Assembly (NCBI RefSeq): GCF_006345805.1
Contig: NW_021831989.1
Location: forward strand, 310,001-374,000
Direction of reading: 5' to 3'
DNA from: Octopus sinensis
Lineage: Eukaryota
Length of the DNA stretch: 64,000 bases
Positions 10,605 through 23,011 of the stretch are shown piece by piece. The stretch's first letter is position 1. Each line of letters opens with the position of its first letter. The position numbers were made by a program, and so were the translations under genes. The notes under the pieces are model-generated. The model did no database searches, was not told where the DNA came from, and saw only the letters and a list, made by a program, of their open reading frames with translations.

Positions 10605-12050
10605 CTCAATAGAAGAATAGAATATTGTTTATTGATCAAAGAAAAACAGAAACCGAAAGGAAACAAAGAAAGATTATTAGCAGGGAGATTAAACAAGGCA
10701 CCGAAGTGTCTCTTTCAATGCGTATCCCCAATTATTGTCGGTGTCGACAAATTTTCTCAAAGACCATTCGGATCGTGGAGACAAAAGATTCTTGCGAGCT
10801 TTCTAGCCTTGCGTCAAGTTGTACTCCATAAGCCAGTTTCAATTCGAAACGTCTTATTTTTTCCAACTGTTTGACAAGGTAGTCACTCTTCCATGGTATA
10901 TTAATAGACGTGTAGCTTTCAAATTCCACTATCATTGCTTCCTTCAGCTTAGTCTCATTAATGACCAAGATGTCAGACTTCGCTGTCGTTAGTACGATCA
11001 ATCCTTCTGTCGTCGGCGACTGACCTCTCTCTTGATTTTGGCTTCCTTCTGGTTGTTCTTGTTACGGGGCCTGTTTTTACATTGCTCATTTTCTGTGGAA
11101 CACAGATCGGATCTGTTTGTATTCCAAATTCGACAGTCATCGGCAATCCACTATTTCGAGAAACTCAGCGTCCGTCTGTACACTAACATCAGAGACATTC
11201 GGAACAGTTTGTTTCTTAACGATTTCCTTCGGAATTTCCCCCCCCCCCACACGTTCCTCATTCAAAACTTTTATCCCCAAGAGAAAAATTAATGATAGAG
11301 AGAAAAATTAATGATATGTCCTCAGAAACTTTCCCATTGAGAATTGTGCTCCAGTCATCAGATGATGACACATAGGTTCCCGAAGTAATTTTTGATTGTC
11401 GCATTACTCCGATTTTTCTCTCTAGTGACTGTTTAGCGATTGGGAAATCTCCCTATTGGCTCTGTGCGTCGACAGGCCACAATTGATACATGGAAGTTTA
11501 AAGGACAATTATCCGATTTATGCATACCCCCACATAGGAAGCAGCGCAGAGACTCCTTGCAGAAAGATGGAATGTGACCGAAATTCTGACAGCGAAAACA
11601 TCGCACTTGAGATCTTTTAAACCATTCAAATCTTAGTGGAGTTAAACCAATTTTCACTCCCAGAGTTATCAGAGACTGTGTTCGACTTTGTCGGCGACAA
11701 TGAGTTTCCCGAAAGTTAGAGGCTCCCCACTCTTATAGAATCTTTCCAATCCCTTGGAGATTACTCTCGACGAAAGCTTTTCGAGATCACAGTCTCGAAC
11801 CCAATATGGAATTTTTTGTATTATGAGTTCGGACTTGGATTAGCAACTTCGATAGCATTCAACGATGTGTTGGTTGCTTTCAACAAAACTCTAAAGTTTT
11901 CCGAGGTCACAGGTGCATTTCCATTGTTTTTACACAAATTAATTTGTTCCATTAAATGTACAAGAACCAAACAAGTGCTATGAAGGAAATTCCCCTACTC
12001 CCCAATAATTTTTGATGGTGTATTAATAATTGGTTCTGAGTGTTTGGTTT
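10605..12050 (-). mobile_element. Jockey/I-like LINE, internally deleted (gag ORF1 and endonuclease start fused to the 3' end)
   Basis: ORF1 zinc knuckles CFRCQNFGHIPSFC / CFLCGGMHKSDNC; endonuclease start SDILVINETKL joined directly to DYLVKQLEKIRR; 3' UTR shared with the 48.1-49.0 kb copy. Confidence 0.85.
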
Positions 12051-12255
12051 TTGAGGCCGGTAGCTATAAGCCAACCAGTTTTTGAGGCCGGTAGCTATAA
12101 GCAGACCCTGGGAATCGTCGTCTCAGGCCGATCATGCGAGCAGGATCGAACCTTTCAGAAGGATCTCCCTCGTTTGGATTGGCGATCACGGGATTAACTA
12201 TAATTAACTGGCTTTGCACGTGTTTGGTCTTTAATAAATAAATAAATAAATAATA
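12050..12255 (+). repeat. Short GC-rich repeat with a tandem duplication and a (TAAA)n tail
   Basis: TTTTTGAGGCCGGTAGCTATAAGC occurs twice and the segment ends in TAATAAATAAATAAATAAATAAT. Its identity (SINE, LINE end or UTR) is unresolved. Confidence 0.5.
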
Positions 12256-12282
12256 ATTCTCCCTGATGGATACATTTTAGAC

Positions 12283-13651
12283 CAGCGGTTCTCAAATGCG
12301 GCCCGCAGGATTTTTTTTGCGGCCCCTCTAGAGTAACTAACTTTTTTAATTTTTTAATAATGTTAAAATTTAATTATTTATTGATCGTTCCAAAGATATA
12401 ACCGAAAATAGTTTCGATCAATTAATATGGCATCACTGCATAATTCACCAGGAAAATCTTATCGCCAAGTCCATTAAAATGGAACATGTTTCCAAAAAAG
12501 TCGTTAATATCGTTAATTGGATACGCTCAAAAGCGCTCAATCACCGATATTTTAAATCTTTTTTGGAAGAAGTTGATGCTGAGTATGGAGATGTTATTTT
12601 TCATACTGAAGTGAGGTGGTTAAGTCGTTCGAAATGCCTTAATATTTTATTAAAGGTTCTATAAATTGCTTCCAGAAATTAAGGAGTTTACCAAAGACAA
12701 AGTAATTTTCGATGAACTTTACGATGAAAGATGGATTGCCGATTTGGCTTTTTATGTTGATTTAACCACGCATTTGTCGGATCTCAATGTTGAATTACAA
12801 GGAAAAGGCAAACTCTGTTATCAGTTATATGGATATATTTCTTCGTTTATCGAAAAATTATATTTATGGATGACTTCCCTTAAAGAGGGAGATACATCTC
12901 ATTTTTATTCACTATCTGAAAAAAACGAAGGCGCTGTTTATGAAAAATACATATCCATAATTGGTGATTTAATTAATCAATTTGAAGCACGTTTTGGGGT
13001 ACATTTATATAAATTTAATTTTTAGAATTTTAAAGAATTCCTTCCTTTAATGAAAATATTCGCAACTCCATTCAGCGTGGAAATTAAGGACGCGCCTGCA
13101 AAGTTTCAACTAGAACTCATTAATTTACAACATGATATAGAACTGCGGCATTGTTCAAAAAAGCGTCCATTATTAATTTTTACGAATTAATTCCTCAAGA
13201 CAAATTCAAAAATATAACACACAATGTATATATGAATATATCAATGTTTGGATCTACTATTTATGCGAATCAATATTTAGTAAAATGATTCGCATAAAAA
13301 ATAAATATCGTAACAAACTCACGGATAATCACTCGAGTCAGCTTTTACGAACTTCTTTGACTTTACTTATTCCGGATTTCAAAAACTTAATAAACAAATA
13401 ATACTTTCTTTTTAGTTACAACGCCTTTTTTTAGATTTTTTAGCTTGTAATTCTTTATAAAGGAAATGGAAATTAAAAAAAGAAAAAACAGAGTCCAAAA
13501 ACTCATTACGCATCAGCAGTGGCTGCACTTCAGATTGCAAGCGAGTTACCGGCTTGGAAAATATAAAAATATATAAAATATTTTTTTGCGGCCCTCGAAG
13601 CTAATCTTAATTATCGATTTGGCCCTTGAGCTAAAAGGTTGAGAACCCCTG
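12283..13651 (+). mobile_element. Buster hAT, internally deleted
   Basis: Same TIRs as 8174-8860; TSD TTTTAGAC at 12275-12282 and 13652-13659; transposase pieces NWIRSKALNHRYF...HTEVRWLSR and W..DLAFYVD.TTHL..LN..LQG. Confidence 0.95.
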
Positions 13652-13744
13652 TTTTAGACAAAAACTAACAATATTTAAAACAACTAGAGTAAGTAGCAAC
13701 ACTTTTATTCAATGCATTCGAGAAATTATTTTTTGGCTTTCAGT

Positions 13745-14035
13745 CCAGAATCTATTCTTTGAAAAATATTCATAATCATTTGGTACATGCTTCTGGTTGT
13801 CGGAGTAGTGACTTGAATTTCGTAAGTCAAGTCATCGCCGTACGACTAAGTTGACCAATAGATTTCAAAACATTGGCTTGTTGAATAGTATCCCAGAGCT
13901 CTTTGACATGGAACATTGTCAGTGGTTCAGGACAGAAGAACAAATGTTGAGAAAGATCGGATTAGAATTACACACGTGGCGGAGACGTCTTTTTGATACA
14001 ACAGTAATTCTGATTCATCAATTTCCAGGGGTAGT
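13745..14035 (+). CDS. Possible spliced exons of an unidentified gene
   Basis: Two canonical-looking mini-introns (GTAAGT...CTAAG, 29 nt; GTAATT...CCAG, 25 nt) join an open frame of about 80 aa. I recognise no homology and found no start. Confidence 0.3.
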
Positions 14036-14414
14036 TCTCAAAGTATTTTGTTTGGTGATAGTCTGTGGATCGCCCTCGTGGAGATAAAGACATCCCCAAA
14101 AATTAATTTTTAATAGTTTTATTTGTTTAAGCGGGGAAGCCATAAATTTGTTTAGCTTAAAATCAGTTCATTATGCTTAACTAATGTTCAGGACAATATT
14201 CGGGTGTGTCTTTTATCAAAAAATGCATAAATATAAAAATTAGTTATTGATAAACAACACTATTCACCTCATTAATTGAATAATTTTTTCCCCAATTTTT
14301 GTAAAAATTAATATAAAATCGCAAAAATTTATTTAAATGGCAAGAGCTACAGAAAGAAAAAAGTACAAGAACCACTGCTATAAAAGATACATCACTAAAA
14401 AGTCAAGTGACCTA

Positions 14415-16355
14415 CTACTTCTTTGAATTGAGCCGTTTTATGATTTCCTACAATGCCTAGTCAATGTGATACTTTGCATCGAGTTATGCAATCGTTTTTG
14501 GATCTCCCGACCAGACATGCCGCCACTTTCTCCCATCTGTCCTCCGTAGAAGCAGGGTACGTCTTCAACGCCTGCTCCAATATCGCCTGTTCTTCCGCCG
14601 ACCAACTCACATTTTCAGTTTTTCCAACTTCCAAATTCTTCTGACTGTTGAACTTCTTCAAAAACTCGTTGGAATCCCCCAAAGACATCAAATCCTTTGA
14701 CATCCTCATGACCTCTTTGATGGAGTAGTCATACCCCTTTGAGTTGACATTCCGTGTAATATGCTGCCATCTACAGTACTCCCAACACTCCGACCTGTCC
14801 TTATACCCCTGCGGGAACACTTTGGTGGCCTTAGTCAAACACTGCAATGCCTCGACAGTCCACTTCTCCACCTTCCCATTGGTGCCATTAACTAATGCCT
14901 GACACTCCTCGAACTATCAATAGTCACTGCTAATACACCTCAGAATATAACCCCTCTCGAAATTCGTCCTCCTTCCCTTCTGAGTAGGCCTTGTTCACTT
15001 TAGTCAGTCTAGAATACACACTCAGACTATACTTGGCTAGATTAACACGGGCACTATCCAATGTCAGTTTGTTGAAGAATTCACACAATTTGATGTTATT
15101 GGGACAATCAATATTCTCTAATAGTCATTCGGACTCACCTTTATGTTTTGGAGGAGAGTAGACCTCTCGGACTGAAATCTCTTAATATGATCTTCTGCCC
15201 TCTAGAATGAACCACAAACAGTCAACCTCAACCGAAGAAGTCGTCAGTAAAGAATATTCCTGGAAAGTACATTATTAGTCAATACAATGCGAGTAGACTG
15301 AGTTCTTTGTTGCTCTTTTTTCGACTTTTTCAGTTCTTGACGGTCTTTTCGCTGTTGCTGCTGAAAATTCTTTACTCGAATGTCACGTGCATATGCATCA
15401 TCTACACACACTAGTCAACACTGGTAGGACCAACTAGTTTCCGGATTCGGGCAGTCTCTCGCTTTTTGTTAGCAGTTCTCTCAGCTTTGTTGTCCTTGTC
15501 GATTGCACGTCGTTGATATCGGCTAAATATAGTCCACAAATCAGTACTTTTCTCCCTGTTCTTTATCTTCCTTGTCCAAATATGAAAACTCGCGCCAACT
15601 GTCAAAAGCATACCAAAAATTGTAGAAAGTTGTAATTTCCTTATAACTTGAGTTCAGATCCCCGAATTTAGGGACAGGCTGAATATTGGACCACCTAATT
15701 CAATTAACAACCAATTAATTTATATTTTAATTATATAAATTAATTAAAAATATTTAGTATATTAATAAATAATCATAATTACGTAACCTGCTATTGTTTT
15801 CAAAAGCGCGGGAATAGATCAAGTAAAAATCTTCCCGCTTAACCTCTGTAGGGACAGGAATGCCATCATCATTAAAGGGATCCACAGAATCATAAGATCT
15901 CCTCTTGGCCGGATTCCCCAGAACATCAAATGCTGCATTTAAGCCACAAAAATGTACATTTATTAAGACAAGACGTCAATTTAGACAATTTGCTCTCCTC
16001 AATGCTTCGTTTTTTGTCTGGATGGAATTGTAGGAGTCTTTGACGGTCTAAATTTAGTAAGAAAGCTCACAGCAGTTCTTTATTCGGTCAAAAGTGGCCC
16101 TCCAACGGACGTTTTTCAGTCCTAGGACTGCATAGTGGTCGATTTCCTTTAGAATTAGTGAGAGAAACAGACTTTCCAGTTGGACACATCAAAGTCGATT
16201 CCGGGAGATGGATTGAGGAGAAAGTCCACGGAATAGTCAGAATTAAAGTAGTCTTCGTCGGACAGGTTTTTATAAAAGGGCGAAAACTTGTCTATATAGC
16301 CAAAGCATGTAAGCATGATCTTTTCATTTCGAGGAATGTACTTATCCAACTCCAT
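14415..16355 (-). CDS. DNAJC2: DnaJ homolog subfamily C member 2 (MPP11/zuotin)
   Basis: DHYAVLGL...HPDKKR J domain, [27 protein letters not shown], and two C-terminal SANT/Myb domains ([17 protein letters not shown]...RWEKVA). Mostly 23-26 nt introns plus one of about 140 nt. Confidence 0.95.
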
Positions 16356-16710
16356 TTATATAAATAAAATATATATCTGTAAGTCATAGTTATAAATTAT
16401 ATACAAATATCGAAAGCACACAAAAAAAGTTAAAAATGCCGTTCTACTGAAATTATTTAAATTTGGGTTTACCAATTAAAATATATTTTATTATTATTTT
16501 AAAATAGTAATTTTATTTATAAAAATATATTTTTTGAATTTTATAGTTCTAGGATTTTTTTTATATCTTATTTCTAAAGGGATTAGAGATAACGTTGGCA
16601 AAAAAACTTGTTTCTGAAAATCCTAAATATAGTTAAAATTATTGTAACTTTAATTAAAAATTCATTTAAACTAAATTCTATTCAAATTTGAATAGTTTAA
16701 TGTGGTGATA
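16356..16710. promoter_or_regulatory. Probable bidirectional promoter (DNAJC2 / dysbindin)
   Basis: 355-bp very AT-rich spacer between head-to-head start codons; inferred from position only. Confidence 0.45.
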
Positions 16711-17363
16711 ATGGAAAATAATAAACCTACCTCCATTTTCCTACAAGAATTTAATGAAAAGTAAATTTTAATTCAAATTTCCTAGAATAAAACAAGACCA
16801 CGATCAAATACGAAGCAACAATCTTAGAACAGCAGATAAAATCAAAGTAAGACCCACAATAATGCCAAGACTTTGACTGCTCAAGCAAATCTCCTCGAAG
16901 GACAAGCCCGCCAAGTAAATAAAATGTTGACTGGTTTACTTACCTTGAACAATCAACTGTTTTCTGTAAATCGTGAAATCCAGAAAGCCAATGAAGGACT
17001 GGGCATATTTTATCGTTAAATATTTTTGTAGATGGATTAGAAGGTTTTATGGATGAAATTTGCAACGGATTGCTCAAAATAGACAACTACAAATCAATTA
17101 AAGACATTAAAATGAAGGTTCTCGACAATTCACATTTGCTTGTCCAAGAAAGAAAGAAACAACTTGAGAAATGTCGTGAAGTTGAGGATTTGAGATATCA
17201 ATTCAAACAAGAAGAATTGGAGGATGCATTTCGTAGAGATGTTGCCAGTTATTTACAGAATGGAGTACTTGAAAAAGATCCTGTTTATACTCAGACATTG
17301 GATACTCAATATGACCTTGAAGAGATGAAGAGACAACTTGAAGATTTTTTGGAAGATGATTGA
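16711..17363 (+). CDS. DTNBP1: Dysbindin (BLOC-1 subunit)
   Basis: The coiled coil ends DAFRRDVASYLQNGVL...LEDFLEDD, matching the dysbindin EAFQQDMEQYLSTGYL...LDVFL pattern. Three mini-introns (25, 23 and a probable 29-nt GC-AG). Confidence 0.75.
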
Positions 17364-18712
17364 TTTTTTATTGACTAATATTATACTTTTATGTTTACTA
17401 GTCTTCGACTTTATAGATGTATAAATGGGTAATAGAAATTGGACGGAATTTATGTCGAGTATTTTAGATTTAATAATTTGTGTTGCGAATTATTGAGTTT
17501 CGTTTATTTTTATAGAATTCGTGATTTTTCGGTTTGGAAGATACAATTCTGTTTCATACCTGAAAATATTTTCAATTTAGTCAGAGAGACGAATTGGCGA
17601 AATTTGGAAGAATAATGTTTCATTGCAGGTTATGAATAATTAACTTTTTTGATTAAAAACAAATTTGTAACTATTTTTTAATTTAAAGGTGAAGAGCGTT
17701 CAAAAGATAAATATTCGGGACTGAGTCTTCGCTATTTGAGCGATCAGCAAAAATTTTAATAGTACAATCTTCATGGCGTGGAAAGCAACATAATAAAAAT
17801 GATGTTTTAAACTGGCTAGAAAATGTAATTTTTACAACACTAGTGAAGTCAATTTATAAAATGTATAAATGCATACATAGTTTGTAGTTGATGAGTTATA
17901 AGTAGGCTTACCACTTTATTATTCCAGAAATCCAGGACATTTATTGATTTCAATAATTAAAATCCGGGACTTTCCGGGACAAAAAAAATTTTCACAGAAA
18001 AACAAGAAAATATCTTTAACTAAAATTAACTAAAAAATTCGATTATATTTTCCAACTGAATGAACTTCATCCAGAAATTTTTGATTATTTTCGATTTTTT
18101 AAAAAAATCAATGCACGGCATGTCAATGTTCAATCTACAACTCAATAATGATTTGAAGGTTTTTTTTTCATTCGACCTCTTTCTTTTGACCAATTCATAA
18201 TTGAAAATATTCTTTCTACAGGAGCAGTAGTTCCACGTAAGCAAACAACATATTTGATAATTTTGATAAAATTTGGAATTTGAATACTCATCTCATTAAA
18301 ATATTTACAAACATGCATCCAATTTAATTCGCAATTATCCTGATTAGTTTTCCATTCCTTATTTGTTGTTAACCAGAAGGATTTAACATTAACAAATTCG
18401 TCAAATAAATCGTCGACATTTATATCTTTGAATCCAATTGCTTTATTAATTTATTCTGGAAGTAAATCAACTGCATGTTGATTACAGTTGTATGCTATAT
18501 GAGCACCACATCCAATACCAATAATATTCTCAAGAATTTTTAATCGATAATAAACATTTTTTGACACTTTTCTGTTTAAACCGCCAAAATTTGTATTGTA
18601 ACTATCGTCACAAAAACTTAAAAATTTATTGTGTCGCGAGCGCCAGCGCGCGACCGAGCGCTAGACGCGACTTTGACACTAACAAGCCTATCATCAACAA
18701 ATATATTATTAA

Positions 18713-18975
18713 ATTTTTTTTTTTTTTTTTTAATCTTATAGTTTATTACAAATGAAAAGAAAATGGAACAAGAAGTCAGCTACTAGCCGCAGAGAGAATA
18801 GAGAAACTGTTCCCCCTGAGTAGGCTATTGAGACGCGCTCAAAAAGCCGATTGACCTCACGGGGGTCGTTTCTAATCCTCCCGAGGTGACGGCCTCTCTC
18901 GGTGAGAAACGTAGCGTGGCTGGGCCGAATGTGCCTGATGTTTCGACTGAAACAGCACAAAGAGGAATCTGTCGG
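18713..18975 (-). mobile_element. CRE-clade LINE 3' fragment with a poly(A) tail
   Basis: RHLGRIRNDPREVNRLFERVSIA matches the CRE C-terminus; an A-run of about 17 nt lies at 18714-18730. Confidence 0.7.
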
Positions 18976-19375
18976 CGAGCGAATTATTTAAAATTTTAAC
19001 ATGATTTAAAATTAAAATTGAAATAACTTAAGTTTTCCATTGAATCCCATAAAATAATTTATAAGTAGACCTTAATAGAAAAAGTAAAATCAATTAATAC
19101 TGAACGCTAATTTGGTTTAGGTTGTGAGGGGGTAATAATTTGACAGATCACATTGCTATTTTTTCGTTTTAATCTCTAAAATTAGGTCTTCTAATCAAAA
19201 ATGAACTGTGCAGACAGGCTTGCTCCTCAGAAGATTCTTGTTTTACATTTTAATAAACTATGAAGCATTTAGATTTTTTTTCATTATTCTAAAATATCAA
19301 TTATAAATTTAAAAATATTATTTTTTATATGAAATCGGTTTTAAAGCTCATTCTGCTTTGGCATCGATTTAATTT

Positions 19376-20931
19376 TTGTTATCGAATATATTTAATCCCA
19401 ATACAAGCCTGATATTAACCTCGACGTCTGAGAAAACTATACCTAAACTGCTAAAACAAGATGGATCCCCTGCATCTCATGAAGAAATCCCGAACATATT
19501 TGCTGATAGTCTCAAAAGAATACAAGAAGTCAATCCGGATACAAATCTATCTGATTCAGCTTTGTTTGATATGGAAAAAGAGTTGGAAGACAATCTTAGC
19601 TCATTACCAATGTGCTCGGAATCTATAACGTGCAAAGACGTGGAAAATGCAGTTAGATACTCCAAAAATAACGCTCCGGGAAAGGACAAGATAACCATGC
19701 GCATGTTCAAAGAAGCTCCCAAGCAACTTTACGAATATTTGGGATGTCTCTTCTCCCGCAGTGTGAGCTTGGGATACGTCCCTTCTTCATGGAAACTGAC
19801 GGAGGTAAGGATGATACGGAAGCCTGGAAAACCTGGTTACTTGGCGACAAGTTATAGGCCTATAAGCCTAATTCCTACCATCAGTCGAATAATGGAAAGG
19901 GTAATGTTTGAACGACTCTCTGAACACGTCGAGAGAAATGGTTATCTCAAAGACGTGCAGTGGGGCTTTCGGAGGGGTCGTTCCTGTGCTGACTGTCTTT
20001 ATACACTCAATTCGTCGATTGTAAAGGCTCTGGATTTCAAAGAGTGTCTGACAATTGTGTCTCTAGACATCTCAAAAGCCTTTGATATGGTTTGGCACCT
20101 CGGTCTCCTTAGACATCTGGCGAAGTGTCACATAGACAAAGGACTATTCCTATGGCTAAAAGACTTCCTCCGCGACAGGCGCTCTGTGATAAGCTTTCTG
20201 AACTATGACTCGGATGAACTGAAACTTAAAAGAGGCGTCCCTCAAGGATCAGTCCTCAGTCCTCTATTATTCAACATTGTGATGAGCAATCTGCCGTCTC
20301 CTGTCAACACACGGACGGAAATTTTGATATACGCCGATGATGTTGTAATCCTTGACATTTCATCGAAACCTTATCCGAACAACAAAGGATTATATCATAT
20401 ATGAATACAGTGGAGCAATGGTGCGATGAAAATATGTTCATTATTGCGCGTGAGAAGTCCGCATTACTGAGAATCACAGAAGCAGAAATTTAATAAATTT
20501 ACCGTGCCTGATCAAGAACATACCTCGACAAAACTCAATTAAATATCTTGGCTTGTTCATCGATGAAAAGGGAAACTATCTCGAAAACGCAAAATTAAGT
20601 AAAAGGAAAGCAACTAATGCTCTGTTCTGCCTGAGGAAGTTAAATTTGGAGCCTGATACTTTCCTCTACGTTTTCAATACGGTGATCCTACCGGGACTAC
20701 TATACGGAAAAGAGGGATGGTACTTCTCTAAAAGAAGGACACCATCTTAACTAAATTTGAAAAGTCTCGCAGGCTCGCTTTGAAGCTTGCTTACCACCAA
20801 AAAGTTGAAGATCCAATCCCCCTGTGGCTTGAAAGTAAATCCTCCATGGTCGGTGAAACTGTCGAAAAAGCTATAAGTGGTTATAAATCCAACTCAATTG
20901 TCACTGGGACGTACCTGCAGAGGTAGAAAAG

Positions 20932-20966
<35 letters not shown>

Positions 20967-21095
20967 ACTTGAGGGGGTCTCTTTTTTTTTTCTGGGAAGA
21001 AGTCGATAGGGTAGTCCTATTGTTTCATTATACAAACTCCCCCCTAACCTTTAACCCTTCTCTGTTTCCAATAAAACTTCCTATTCCTATTCCTT
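19376..21095 (+). mobile_element. Jockey-like LINE, 5'-truncated RT
   Basis: YRPISL, QWGFRRGRS, LDISKAFD, GVPQGSVLSPLLFN and YADD; frameshifts after 20404; internal A30; ends AATAAAACTTCCTATTCCTATTCC. Confidence 0.92.
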
Positions 21096-22121
21096 ATATT
21101 TGTCATTTTATAGATTTTTTGATTGTCGGATCTAGAAATTGAGTGGTCGCTCGCTGGCGCTCGCGACATATTGATAGATTATGTTTTTCCAATTTAGAAT
21201 ATATTCAGTCAATTATAACTTCTGAGGTTCCACAAGTAAGTGAAAAAAATCAAGTTTAATCTTCACTCCTATCTCTGGTGAAAAATATCAATTGGGATAA
21301 GTTTAACATCTTTTCTATTCGACGTGTCAATCGTAATAGATACAAAACGGACCGTCATTAATTCAGTTGCCAATTCTTATTGGGCCAAAATTGCATTACA
21401 TATTACACTTTCAGTTTTCATTCTAGCTGAAGTGTACATTGGTTCGAACAAAATAGATATTAATTTTGAAGCACAGCCCGAAACATTAAAACTAACGTTG
21501 TGGAGCGCAGTGTGATATGCAAACACTGTCTCTTTTGCAGTAAATAAATAGTTTTTACTTTTAAGGAATGTTCAATGCAAGTATTTTGGGCTGCTGTTAA
21601 AATGTATATTTTATGCTTATTTGATGATACGTGAGCCTTTATATCAGAGCAACCTCAACGATAAATTGAGAAACGCGAATAGAACAGCATGCATTCAGCG
21701 TTATGATCGTTTCCACATTTCTTAAGAAATAGATATTCCTAATATAGTTGATTCCGCCCGGTGCGATCTTGTGTGGGCTCGTGGAAAGATCACCGAGCGA
21801 AGTTGAGGTCCCTGGTCGAGTGCATCGAGATCACGTGACTTTTGTTTGACTCTTATCGTCTTGGCGGTTAAATAAATGACAATCCCACATTACTAACTAA
21901 TAATAAATATGATAATCAAGGCTCCATTATCCGGGACGGATGATAAGCCTAGTTATAAGGGTTATATATCATGCTTAAAGTGAAAATTAATCGTGGAAAA
22001 ATTGAAATACCAACAATCTTTCAGAACGTTGAGTAGCACAAATTTTCGATACTAATCGAAATACCATTTCACAAATTAAGAAAGATATTTTTATTTTCCT
22101 TAAAAGTGGAATTGTCTATTC

Positions 22122-23011
22122 CAGTGGTTCCTAAACTTTTTAACTTGTCGCCCTTTTAAACTTTTATCGCCCCAAAATTATCGTTGTGATGTATTAATGT
22201 AACAAAATTTTTTTTTTATAAAATTTCGATTAATAGTTAATTTTTTTCCAAAAGAAATGAAAATAGACAAAAAGCTACGACAATTAATTAAATTATTGTC
22301 CCCCTTGGAACTAATGTTTATTTGATTGACTTCATAATCTGTTTTTATATTTGTCAGATTGACTCAAATTTTCGCAATCACATATATTTTCCGTGTTTCT
22401 CTGCATAGTTAAAATATATTTTAATTGGATAAATTTTCTTTCAACAAAATAAGAAGAAAAACATAACATCTGAATTATTTTATTCCAAAGGCTAGAAAAA
22501 TGTTCTTTTATATTTTTATTTTGCCAAAATTTCGAAATTCAACAATTTTGCGTCTGAATTCATGTTCTTTGTCAATTTTTAGAAGAATTAATTCTTTTCG
22601 TAAGTGAATTTAACACTCAACTATATCAGCAAAAATGGATTGATTATCCATCATGGAATTTGAATATTTATTATATCATAAAAACAGGAATTTATTTACG
22701 ACTTCAACATAAATGTTTTGAGAAAATTGAACAATCTTCTTTTGCTGGAGTCTTCATTAAAAGATACAAATCCAAATTTAAGAAAGTCTTGATTGTATCG
22801 TCGAATTATATAGTTAAAACTCATTTATAACGCATAAATTTTTTGTCACGTGTATACAAATAGTTTTTACATTTAAAAACAATGTTAAATATATCTAAAA
22901 ATTAGAAAAAGTTTGATAGAATCTATTTAAAATTTTCATTCCAAATTGAACTCCTTAAATTAAAAATCCAATCGCCCTATTTTGCCGATATGCCAACGTC
23001 GAGAACCACTG
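22122..23011 (-). mobile_element. Non-autonomous Buster hAT
   Basis: TIRs CAGTGGTTC / GAACCACTG; TSD GTCTATTC at 22114-22121 and 23012-23019; degraded C-terminal transposase (WIINPF). Confidence 0.85.

Larger units (their letters stand above)
18632..21168. mobile_element. TGT...ACA element with 24-bp TIRs and a 5-bp TSD, filled with retroelement sequence
   Basis: TGTCGCGAGCGCCAGCG(C/A)GCGACC at both ends in inverted orientation; TATTG at 18627-18631 and 21169-21173. Confidence 0.85.
17903..21951 (-). mobile_element. hAT DNA transposon (non-Buster type), interrupted by nested insertions
   Basis: TIRs TAGGCTTAYCA; TSD GTTATAAG at 17895-17902 and 21952-21959; CCGGGAC subterminal repeats. The transposase frame (FAYHT, IDTSNRK, NTNFGG, GIGCGAH, TAPVERIFS) continues across the 18632-21168 insertion. 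Confidence 0.9.
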
